A stretch of DNA of 64,000 nucleotides from Fimicolochytrium jonesii (lineage: Eukaryota), in assembly GCF_025526975.1 (NCBI RefSeq), contig NW_026515670.1:868001-932000 (forward strand). Reading direction: 5' to 3'. The position numbers were made by a program, and so were the translations under genes. Shown here piece after piece: positions 12,002 to 22,731 of the stretch. Position 1 is the first letter of the stretch. Every line of letters begins with the position of its first letter. A model generated the notes under the pieces. The model was not told where the DNA came from and did not search any database. It saw nothing but the letters and a program-made list of their open reading frames with translations.

Positions 12002-13225
12002 TCAACCTTCATCAGGCTCACCCTCAGGATTCCCATCAGGAGCCTCAATAGTCTCCACCACCATTTCCACATTTGCATCCCCCCCATCATTCTCCCCTAC
12101 ACCGTCGCCTTCACCGTCGCCCTCACCCTCGCCCTCACCCTCCTCCTCCTCCGGTGCCTCGCTCTTGCCCCTCTTGGCCTTCATCGCCGCCAATTTCGCA
12201 GCCGCCGGCGGCCTGCCCGACCGTTTCGGTGGAACTGGACTCCCACTTTCCTTATACCGCTTGATCGTCGCCGAGACCGTACTTCTGGCCACCCGAAACA
12301 GGGCGGCAATCTTGTGGATGCTGACGCCTGCTTTGTGGGCGCCAATTATTTGCCAGCGGACCTCATTGGAGAGTTCTTCGCGGCGGTCTTTTTGTGTTCT
12401 TGTTGTTGTAGGTTTGGCGTCGGTGGAGTCGGAGGGTGCGCTGATGGGTGCTGGGTCGGTGGGGAGTGGCATGACGGTTGGATCGGCGGAGGAGGCTTCC
12501 GATGGAGGTACGACGTTTGGGTGTTGGGAGGAGAAGATCGGGACGGCGGGTGCAGATATTGCCGGCATGCTGCTAGGTGTCGCAAAGCCATTATATACTG
12601 CCGCCCCCTGCTGCTGTTGCTGCTGCTGTATCCCCCTCTGCACATTGGCAACTCCATTCACACCGGCAGGCGGCGGCGGCGGTAATGCCGACACAATGTG
12701 CTGCTGCTGTTGCCTGACCTGCTGACTCCGCGGCGGATGTCCGGCCTGCTGCCCCTGCTGGTGCGCATTGGTCATTGCAAACGAGGGATGCCCAGCAGCA
12801 ATCGCATTCCTTAAACTCGCCGCCGCAGCCTCCACGGCTGCGTACGTTGCGGCGTCTACTCCAGCTACATCCGTCGGTTGCTGTGCGCGTCGTGGGGAGT
12901 TTAGGGTATCGAGAAGCGCAGCGGCGGGAATGGGCGAGTAGTGGTGGGCGTGGTTGTGCTGGGATGGGGAGTTCTGATGGTGGTTCGGGAGAGTTTGGGG
13001 CGGGCCTGGAGTTGAAGAACGGCTGGAGGCAGCGGCGGCTGCTGCTAGAGCCTGAGCGGTTACGACGGAAGTAGTGAAAGCCTGGTGTTGAGGCTGCTGC
13101 TGCTGCTGCTGTTGCTGTTGCTGTTGTTGCTGCTGCTCGAAGTTCCTCTGTTGCTGCTGTTGCTGTTGAAGCAGGAGTTGCTGTTGCTGTTGCTGTTGCT
13201 GGTGGTTGTATGGCTTGGGGTTCAT
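12002..13225 (-). CDS. Intronless Gln/Ala/Pro-rich putative transcription factor with a single Tc1/paired-type (PAI-like) HTH and acidic tail
   Basis: ATG at 13225 (MNPKPYNHQQQ), polyQ tracts, REELSNEVRWQIIGAHKAGVSIHKIAALFRVARSTVSATIKRYKESGSPVPPKRSGRP, then an EEEEGEGEGEG tail. Confidence 0.8.
   Translation of the reverse strand: MNPKPYNHQQQQQQQQLLLQQQQQQQRNFEQQQQQQQQQQQQQQPQHQAFTTSVVTAQALAAAAAASSRSSTPGPPQTLPNHHQNSPSQHNHAHHYSPIPAAALLDTLNSPRRAQQPTDVAGVDAATYAAVEAAAASLRNAIAAGHPSFAMTNAHQQGQQAGHPPRSQQVRQQQQHIVSALPPPPPAGVNGVANVQRGIQQQQQQQGAAVYNGFATPSSMPAISAPAVPIFSSQHPNVVPPSEASSADPTVMPLPTDPAPISAPSDSTDAKPTTTRTQKDRREELSNEVRWQIIGAHKAGVSIHKIAALFRVARSTVSATIKRYKESGSPVPPKRSGRPPAAAKLAAMKAKRGKSEAPEEEEGEGEGEGDGEGDGVGENDGGDANVEMVVETIEAPDGNPEGEPDEG
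13093..13201 (-). repeat. CAG/CAA trinucleotide tracts encoding polyglutamine
   Basis: Runs of ctg/ttg on the + strand translate as QQQQQQQQLLLQQQQQQQRNFEQQQQ... on the - strand. Confidence 0.9.
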
Positions 13226-13898
13226 GGCGGGCGTTCCGGTGCTTGTTGGGGAAAGACGAGAGGGGCGGGAGGAAAAACCGCCGTCGTTCGAGCACCTCCA
13301 GTCTGATGAGTCGGACGCGCTCGCTTGCCAACAACTCAGGCAACTCGCATGCAAACTGATGCAATTCGACGTGGGAAAAGTTATGTATGGGGTTCACATA
13401 GCATTCGGACACCACTACCACTTCCTCAGCGCCCCCCTCCAAGGCAGCAGCGACCTTGCTCTCTGGGACTGGTAGAACACTATGGAGTTCCGCGAATAAG
13501 TCGACCGACATCCCAGTCGGGATAGATAGACATTGCGAGACTCGCTCCAGTGAGTGTTGGAAGACGGAGGTTGGCGGCAAGTCAACTGATCGACAAAGGA
13601 GGAGCCGAGTTTGACCGTGGGCTTCCTGCAACGATGCCTGTGGGTGGACTTGAGATTGACATCTTGGGAACTCGGCATCGTGCTTCCAGAGGAGGAGCTC
13701 ACTTTCTGCTGCCCAAATAGCTTACAAGCGCTCCAAACACTCAGTCAATCCTTGAATCTATTGATAAATAGTTTGAGGAATCGGATCGCTTATCAGAACA
13801 CCCTTCGGCGTATATCTCTTTACACTGCTCGCCTCAAGAACCAGGCCGTATGTGACGATCATCGTACAAAAAGTTAGGTACAGTAATGAATCTGTTTT

Positions 13899-16800
13899 TC
13901 ACTCGTGATTATGTTCCTCTGGTTCCTCTGGGTCCTCTGGCCCTTCTGGCGTGTCCTGGTAGTCAGCGGGATCATCTCCGTGGGAGGATGACAGCGATCT
14001 TGACTCCGTAGGGGTCCGTTTGGGTAGGATCCTCCGCAGGAAGTTCTCCGATTTTGTCGAATGGCTCGGTCTGTGCAATGCCTTTGAACTGGTATTATGT
14101 TTCCCGCTGGTACCCGTCATGCCCAGCCATAGCCGCAAATCTTGGGACAGTGCTTGGACTTCGCGTGCCGTGGCCGCCGACGCGTCCCCGCATCTTTGAC
14201 GGTCGCTGTCGAGGGAGAGTTCGAGTCTCCGAGTTCTTTCGCGCTGGTTTCGCGAGTCGGTCCGGAGCGTGCGCTCAAGAGCAGCTACTGCTTCCTTCAT
14301 GCTGTTCAACTGATCGCCGAGCTCTTTGACGGATGCGGTGGGGAGACCTAACCCCGATGACTGCCGTCGTATTTGCTGCTGCTGCTGATGGAGTTGACTG
14401 CTGCTGTCTCCCCTTCCAGCCAGATTGGACGCCGAGACATTATTCGAGCTTCTCCGCGTCATCTTCGACGATCGACGATTGCGCACGGTTGAAAACATGT
14501 TCTGCTCATCTTGGTCCGTCAACACATCCTCCATCCGGGAGTTTCCGCCCCAGATGTGACTATTCATCATCGGATCCGCCAAGAACGTCGTCATCATGTC
14601 CATGTTCGCGATGGGCGCAGTTAGTGACTGTTCCGTCATTGCGTTCGCAGCGGAAGGTACGGGGGGTAGCGAAGTCTGTGACCGGCCGACCATAGACGGC
14701 ACCGACGCCACTTTCTGATTGCGCGAGTTTTCCCCCCGCAGGTTCAAGACGCTAACGGCGTTCGACTCCTCCCGCAACGACTGAAAACTGTGTCTCACAC
14801 TCGCCCCCTGCCGCAACAGATCCGGCGCGCCACCCCCACCCCCTCTATTCTCCTTCCGATCCTGCGCCGTCCGCGCATTCGTCGCCGCATTCTTCCACCA
14901 GCTCGTCAATGCGACCTGCTCCTCCGGACACGTGTACAGCACCACCCGCCGCCGCAGCGCATCGGTCACCACCGGCTCCGACTCGACGATCACGCTCTCT
15001 ATGCTTTGCTGCTGCTCGGGGCTCATGATGGCTGTGATGGTGATGTCCGGCGGGAGGTCGTCATATGGCCTAATCTTGTTCTTGGATTTTAAACCGCGGT
15101 GGGAGGACCATGTCCATGGTTTCCAGTAGCTGAATCTAGGCTTCGAAGATGGCGGCCGGGGACCGCCGGATTTTCCAGGCCCCGGTAGTGGCGGTTCTGA
15201 CGATTTCGATCCCTTTTTGGGCTGCCTTTTCCCACCCCTCTGGGAAGGCAAGGGCGCCAAATCGCGTTTGCGATAGTGGGTGGGCCATGGCCAGTAGAGT
15301 TCGAGTTCGACAATGAGTTGCGCGATCTCTACGAGCCAGGCGCTGGTTGCGTTTGTGGTGATGTTGGCGACGTTGACGGTCATCAAACCGATGATCAGGT
15401 TGATGAGGAAGATGATGAAGATCAGGTGGAAGAGGAGACGGAGGAAAAAGACTTGAGAGTTTGTTGAATAGTCCAAGACGCTGTGGATTTCATGAATTAT
15501 TGGAGTCAGCGTTCTGTACGTGGATGGACGTTCGGCGGGCGGCATCATTTTACCAAGAGCGCCTTACCTGTAGTCCCCAGACGTCATAGTCAAAACACTC
15601 TGTATCGAATCCGGTATCGTCCTAAAATGCCACGTCTCCTGAGTCGGCGACGCAAAGATAAACTGCATCTGAATCAAATGAAACGCCCCGGCGAAGCTAA
15701 TAGCCAGCACGACAAACGGAACCAAAACCGGGAAGATCGCCTTCGTCGCCGACACGAACGTCCGTATGATGGGCCCGATCGACGGGATGATCCGCAGCTG
15801 CATCAGCACACGAGTGCAATAGAACACCAGCGTAATGCCCAACAGCAGCGGCGGGACGTACTGCTCTCGGAAGACGCCTTGAATGGCACAGTATACCGTG
15901 GAGAGGTAGATGACCAGATCCAGCAGGTTGCTCGAGGACCGGATATAGTTGTATGGCGAGTCCATGTATTCGCGACACTCTTGCGTTATGAATAGCGCGG
16001 ACAACATAAGCGTTACGACCGTGACTGGTATTACGCTTGCCGGGTTGGTGCCAATCCCGTACAGGTCTCTCCGCACGGTCGACTCGAACATCGCCCACAT
16101 GCATCCCAAGAAGCCGAGGGATAAGATGATATGCGCGGCAAAGCGGTACCAAAATTTCCCTTGCGTCCAATGATACTCCATCAGCGCCTGCATGATCGGC
16201 TGGAGAATGATATCCTCCTCTCCAGTCTCGAGTAACCGGATGAACGGGCTCGTTTGCCGGACCCATGATTTCCGTCCGTCCAGCGCTGCCGGCTCGGTGA
16301 GGAAGGCTTCGGGCGCCATGCAGATGACGCATTCCGCTGCGGGCGCTCCGCCGGGGCCTAACGCCGTTCCGCGCAGTTGGGCGGGGGTGTTCAACCGACT
16401 CCAGATCATCATCATTGGGTTGAGGTCGGGGGATCGGCCGGTGACTTCGGCTAGTGTGGCCAGACCGAGACGGGTGCCCGTGATGGCCGCCGAGCGCACC
16501 TGCGCCTCCTGGTTCTCGCCCAAGGGTATACATCCCGGTATCGGCAAGCTCGACAGCACGGTGAGGAACCACGACACCTCTGAAGGAAACCGTTGCGCCA
16601 CAAGCGGGAGAAGCGCGACGGCCTCCGATTTGCGGAAGATGGCCGGTACAGACGCGGCAGGGATGTCCAGACGACTATCGGGTATAAGCAGCGCGTCCAA
16701 CAGTATATGCACCATGCTCTGATGACCAGCATCAATCGCATTTTTCAGTGCGCCGCGGGTATCGTGGGGATGCCATTTGGACATGATGAGCGCCCAGACG

Positions 16801-18164
16801 ATCGCGGTGAAGTTGCATGCGCAGACGAGGTGGAAGAGGTCGCGCACGAAACGGGCGTGTTCGGCTTGGGTGACCCGGCCTTCGAGGAGGGCCGCGCAGG
16901 GGTCCTCGTAGAATTGGATGAGTTCGGCTACTACGTCCGGTCGGGAGTATCCGCCCGCGGCGGCAAGGACCAGGAAAAGGTATGCACATGGCGGGACTAA
17001 GACGGCGAAAGCAGCCGCGCTGTCGTTTTGGCCGATTGCATCGACGGTCTCGTCGTATATGACCGGGCCATTTTCGCCCTCTCGAAGATTCTTCTCCGTC
17101 AATTGCTGGCATTTGTCCATGATCAGAAGCTCGAGAACCGCAATCAAGTGATCAACACCACGGGCGCAGCAGGGAATCATCGCTGCCACAACCCCTTCCG
17201 CCGTGAGCAATTCACCATACTGATCGATTATCAACCGAGAGCATGATGGGCGCTGCAAGTGCGCACTATATTCGAGTGCGGAGTTCGCAGCTTCGGAGGT
17301 GATCGAATCCGCCCATAGTGTTGCGATGGTGTTGAGCATGACCGCTCCGACGGAATCTGCATTCAGCACCGCCAAGACCATGAGGCGCGGAAACACCTCC
17401 CGCTTCCGTCGCTCCTCTGGGATTCGATCGATAATCATTGGTCCCACGAATTCCAGAAGTTGCCCCGCCGCTCGATATTTCGTCAGAAAGTACAGTGCCG
17501 CCTCCAGATCTGGGTTGTCCAAGGTACTGATGATCTTTTCCACCTCGCCCTGAAAATACTCCAGTCCAGTGCTCCGCATGCCCATCAGCAGCATGATAGA
17601 CTCCGGATCCGTAGGTTGCGGGAGGGGCCCGCTGCGATTTTCGATGGCAATTGAATAGCGAGTCCACAATTGCGAATCCGCTTCTTCATCTTCCGTATCC
17701 CCGTCCGCCGCAGTATTTGAAAGTATAGCCCATCCCAAACTTTCCAACGCCGTGGCAAAATCGTTGGGAAGCAGCCGTGAATATGCCTTCTCCCGCAGAG
17801 TATGCATAACGGTTTGGAACCGGTTCACGCTCCATCTGCCCATAGAGAACGACGCTTCTATCAAGCCGGACTCGCACAACCCTCCCGTGCGCGCTTTCGT
17901 CCATCCGCGCTGAGCTGGATTGTCTATCAAGGGCACATCTTCCCGTCGCCGTAAGACGTAATCGGCGTATTGACGGACCACGCGGTATCGTAACGTGTTG
18001 CTAAACATTGCGTCCGTAGAATCGTTTGGGGTTGTGCCTGCGAGGCGCGGTGTTTGCCTATAAGATACTTTCGGGGATGCTCCCCATGCATGACTGTTTT
18101 CGCTCTCTCGTACGGTCGAGGAGCGTATCATCTCCTGCTGGGGCAAAAGATGTAATGGGTTCAT
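13899..18164 (-). CDS. TRP-family cation channel (6TM) with degenerate ankyrin-like N-terminus and long cytoplasmic tail; one intron 15481-15567
   Basis: Pre-S1 QPIMQALMEYHW; S2-S3 QECREY...YIRSSSNLLDL; S4-S5 LRIIPSIGPII; pore FRTIPDSIQSVLTMTSGDY|S; S6 FLINLIIGLMT; TRP-helix-like AWLVEIAQLIVELE; ankyrin-like ALKNAIDAGHQSMVHILLD. Confidence 0.85.
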
Positions 18165-19270
18165 TTTGTGGCTTTGGCTGGGTTAAGCGATCGTACAACT
18201 CCGCACCTCGAGCTCCTCTTGGACGTCCATTCCGCTTGTCAGCGGCTCATCAAGCGAGCCGCTTCTCGCCCGCCGCATCATATCGACGGAGTATCCCCGG
18301 GCAAACGAGCAAATCTATCCTTGTCTCCAAAATATTGCAGGTGTCCTGTTGTGTCAATCGTTCGTCATCAACTGACTGCAGCTTGATAAAGCACTCTCGA
18401 AGCTAATCAGTCGGTATAACCCAGGTCGACGTGTCACGGATTTCCCTTTCTTCAGGGTTGTTAGCAAGAAACCGAGCGTCATGGAACGCCTTGTTGTTCT
18501 CGTAACTGATTGAGAAGGCGCAAGGCCGACCGCATGCATGCATGACATGACATGAAGGGTTTGGGAGAGAAAGCGGAGTTGGGCCGGACGGGTGCTCACG
18601 TAAACGTCATGCCAGCTCGCTAACCCTAACCCCTGTGCCCTGTGCGCAGGCCGTCCGTCGCGGGCCCTCCGTCGATATGATGCGGCCTTTTCCCTCAGGA
18701 ATCCCAAGCCTGTTCCCACGACGTCTGACGTCCCAAGTACCAGCAGCTACAGTACAGTATATGTATGTATGCCTCTCTGCCCGAATAGGTCTCGCACACG
18801 ATATCACAATGTCTCCTCCAAGTAGTGCAGAAAGCGAAGCTAGGATAGGCTTGGAACCGCTCGATTTGTGCGAAGATTCTAGTCCGAGTATCATGTTGAA
18901 TCACGGACACTTTGCTAGAAGGTCAGCTCTACAACCCGCATGGGGAGAAACTTTAGGGAAATGGAGACATTTCTCGGTGATCAGAGCGTCTTCCGGACAT
19001 GATTTAGCACGTAGCCATATACTTTTAGGTAGCATGTGAAATAGATTTCGCATGAATAAATGGAATAACTATTATTGTCGGCCTGATGAATATCGTACTA
19101 TTTATCAAGAGGATAGAGGGATGATCGCCTCGTATACACAAAAAGTGGAAGAAAAGGAATGCCAAAAACTAAGAGCCGTTCCCTCTCGGAATGCTTGCAA
19201 AACTACTCGTGCTAAGCAATTCTGAATGCTTTGCGGGTCGATACCCGACTGAATGACGACGAGCATGAAT

Positions 19271-20428
19271 TTACGACGACTTGACTCGCACGGCAGTGGG
19301 AACCTTGGCGGAAGCCTTGAGCGCCTTTGCCTTTTGCTTGGCGTTTTGATTGTCGAGCTTCTTTTGCTTGTTGAGGTTCTCGTAGTGGTAGAAAAGAGTT
19401 CCATCCTGCATGTGCGAATCGCCAAGGGGGAAGGCCGAGAATGAGTGATTTGTCTTTTTCAGAAGGGAACAAGCAACGCCAGTTGTACTTACGAAGCAGC
19501 GACGAGCATCCTCCTTCCTGAGCACACCGTTGTCGTCAGCGCACAACAGCCAGAGAGTACCCCATTCGAACTTGTTGGCGAACCATCTGCGAGCATCATG
19601 GGAATTAGAAACCCCATCGACTCCCTGCTGGCATTGAGCATCAGCAACGTACCCAAAGAAGTCCATGGTGTTGCGGATCTCGTTGGTCATGGTTAGGATA
19701 TCGCGGATGTTCAGGCCACCCTTGTTGTCGCGGTCGTACTTGCTGAAGACTTCCTCGAAGCGCTGGGTGATGTATCGGCCTTCGGTGTCTGTATAGGAAC
19801 ACGATGCGTCAGCAACCCGATACACATGGACTTTTTTGGGTGAAATGGTAGAGTACCATATGTGCCAGAGTCAGAACCGTGCTTGAGCCTGTGAATGTTC
19901 TTGATGTAAACGGGGAACCCGGGGTGGGGAATCCAACTGTCTGTTGAACGAACGGAAAAAATGCAAGGTCAATAAGCGGGATGCGCGGTGCATTCGAAAG
20001 GATATCGGCGGCAACTCACCCAGCGATGGGTAGCTGAAAGCGCCATGGATAACCAACATCGCCAAAACGCAGAAAAAGATGTTGAACCCAACCGCGCGGA
20101 ACCCTTGGTAAGTCTCGTACGGCCAAATAATCCCATCCTTCTTTCTGTCGAAGAACTCGACATGCTGCTGCATAACCGTCAGATCACGCTTCCCCTCGGG
20201 CGACCCGTTGGGCATCTCTGCCGACGGTGCGATGTTTGCGCGGGGCACGCCGGGGTTTCTGACAATCCGGTCGAGGTTCTCCGGAACGGGGAACATCTTT
20301 GTGGGTGGGCATTTGTCGACGGCGGTGATGATGGGTGCATTTAAGTCGACTTGCTTTGCGGCGTGGATGGGTTGGGCGACGTCCGTTGGGAAGTTTGAAA
20401 CCCCCTGTTCCGCGTATACGGATGGCAT
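19271..20428 (-). CDS. Caleosin / peroxygenase (EF-hand lipid-droplet protein), 5 exons
   Basis: [39 protein letters not shown], proline knot [44 protein letters not shown] and RRCF|DGTLF. Confidence 0.93.
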
Positions 20429-20533
20429 GGTTACCGTGTTGATGTGTTTTCCTTGGGTATTGGGTATGCGGTGGTGGTCTTTACGATCACTTTGTTGGAA
20501 CCTGAGAGAGGGGCTTCCAGCACACCTTTCTGG

Positions 20534-20540
20534 TTTTATA
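20534..20540 (-). promoter_or_regulatory. Candidate TATA box of caleosin
   Basis: TATAAAA on the - strand about 105 nt upstream of the caleosin ATG. Confidence 0.4.
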
Positions 20541-21734
20541 GGCGCAGGCTGTTCCCCCTTTCTCCCACCACTTGGCTACGAAATCTAATCTGCCTCGGAG
20601 CTGTTACTCCGCCCCGCAATATGAAGCAACCTCCACATGCACACAGGTATTATGCATACTACGCACGGGGGTATTATGCAACATGATGATGCATGCGTTG
20701 GACATTGCTGCATGCAAATCCCTTTCTCTGTGTCGTTCGGCGGAGGGGGGCGGGGTGAGGATATCGGGAATGACAGGACCGTGACATCATTGGAGCGCAT
20801 CTCGACGCGTGCGGATTGACAGTGCTCCAAGCCCCGCCTTCTTCACATGCCAGAGTTGTGGACAACATGGAATTGGATTACGACAGGCTTTCTTCGGTGT
20901 ACGTAAGCGGCTGACTGTGTCGAAAGGCACGCAGCAGGGGAAAAGGGGAACGCAAAAAGGGGCGGTCGATCTGGAAGAACGCCGATTCAGTGCTGAAGAG
21001 CGCCGATTCTAGCGTCCATAAAGACCACTGTGTGCGAGGCGGACTTTCAGAGATCGAAGGGCGTCAGAAACCTAAAGGTCTTCTGATTCACACATCAGCT
21101 GTTCAGCAAACTCAATGTGAGATGGGCGACGATGCCAGTGAAGAAGCATCTCAGGGCATGGTCATATAAATGGAGAGAGGTTCGGCGGTGCCTGTAACAT
21201 GAAAATGCGTTGGAATACCAGCACGGATCTATACAGCTGTGTTGCTGGATCATTGGCGATGAAGCAGCCAAAAGTCCGCCTGACTGCTGAGCCAACAAGC
21301 CATCCAGAGTCGCAGCGCTATTGCCAGATTCATTTCACCTGAGAGCCGCAATCCATTCGTGGGAGGGATTCAGGTATCGTTGTGCAAAGGGCCAAATCTC
21401 CATCCTTCTTCCCTCGATGCGTATCTATTGCAGATCGGAATTCCAAGTCCCGTAAAAGAGAAGTAATATAAAGTGTTCAAACCTTTGATAACGCTTGCAA
21501 TGTATTATTAAGGCTCGGAGAGCACATTCCCAACTGCGGGTCACAAGGACCTGGGGAGAGGCGCACGCATAGTTTCTAAAGTGCTATAATAAACTCGATC
21601 GATTTCTTTCAAGATGAGGTATCATATGCTGAACTAAGGAGACGAACGAGAAGGCTCAGAAGTCAAAAAGGGAACACGACGTAAAATCCGGGGAATCAGC
21701 TTCCGGAAGGGTATATGCAAACGATGTGCGAACT

Positions 21735-22731
21735 TCAGTGGGCCGCATGGTTAGGGGCAGCCTGATTTCAACACCGAAAGGACATCGATCAGCAATCGAT
21801 TCAGAGTAAAGGATGAGGCGAACTAGTCTTACATACCCTTGCAATTTTCGCACGATATCCCATGCGATTCAATCCGTGGATTGCGGCTGCGCTCGAAATA
21901 TTGCTTTTAAACAGGATGAAGCCATACCCCTTGCAAATTTTGGTATTCGGCACAACAATCGCCTTGGAAGAGACGATTGCGCCAAACCTGCAATGGAAGA
22001 GGAAGATGTATCAACGGGACATCCGAAAAGCAGTGACGATAAAGGCGGGAGTCTGATACTTACGAACTGCCCATTTTTTTCAGGCGTTCGTCCGTCATCG
22101 TTGGCGGCAAGTTGCCCACGTACACATTCGCCCCACGGTATTCGGCAGCGGGGGCGGGCGCGTTTAGCTTGGTTGACTGGCGCCGCGGGGATTGCTGGTT
22201 CCTGTTCACGGCAGGAACAGCAGGGGCACCCTTGCGCAAGGGAGGACGGACGGACGGGGCGTGACCGGTCGACCCCGCTTGACAGGGAGCGGTTTCTGGA
22301 GTCTTTGTTGGCGTTGGCTATCGCTTGATCAACGGCTCCTCGTCGCCGATATTTAACATGCCCTTTATCTCGCGGGTATACTGGATCAGCTTGGCCCTCT
22401 CGTTGGCGACCTGCGGGGGCTCCTCCCGAGTTGGTATGGCAGGTGCGGGCTTCCTCATAGGGTACGAGAATGGAGCGACTTGCATAGGGTATGGCACTGG
22501 GCCCCAAGTCGCGGGGGGATGGATGTTCCCTTGGTAAAATGGGATTCCCGGACCGGGGTGCCAAAAGGGGCGCACAAGAGGGACAGGCGTGTAGAAGGTA
22601 CACCCGTTGATGATGGTCGGTACTGTGGTCATGGTCGGAGAGGGTGTCAGCGGCTGGTCGCCGCCCAAAGAGAAACGTCTATCGGCGGCCGGGGCAACGT
22701 GCCCGAAAGGGACGAATCTGGGAGCAAACAT
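21735..22731 (-). CDS. Single-RRM RNA-binding protein (RBMS/MSSP-like RRM) with Pro-rich N-terminus; in-frame TAG at 22318-22320; introns 21988-22063 and probably 21762-21836
   Basis: Spliced translation: ANVYVGNLPPTMTDERLKKMGSS|FGAIVSSKAIVVPNTKICKGYGFILFKSNISSAAAIHGLNRMGYRAKIAR, with RNP2 VYVGNL and RNP1 KGYGFILF. Not in the ORF track. Confidence 0.75.

Noticed and set aside
12002..13354. Active Tc1/mariner transposon
   Set aside because: No DDE catalytic domain, terminal inverted repeats or TA target duplication seen; only the HTH is present.
20974..21009. 21-nt-period direct repeat GAAGA(A/G)CGCCGATTC
   Set aside because: Only two units with a 6-nt spacer; a simple local duplication, not CRISPR-like.
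22318..22320. Genome-wide TAG reassignment as an explanation for the in-frame stop
   Set aside because: BMS1, CCDC96, SEC11 and VPS8 models all end at TAG, with BMS1 and SEC11 at the expected C-terminal positions.
21869..22603. 244-aa minus-strand ORF from the track
   Set aside because: Wrong frame; the RRM motifs are in the neighbouring frame and this ORF reads through an intron.
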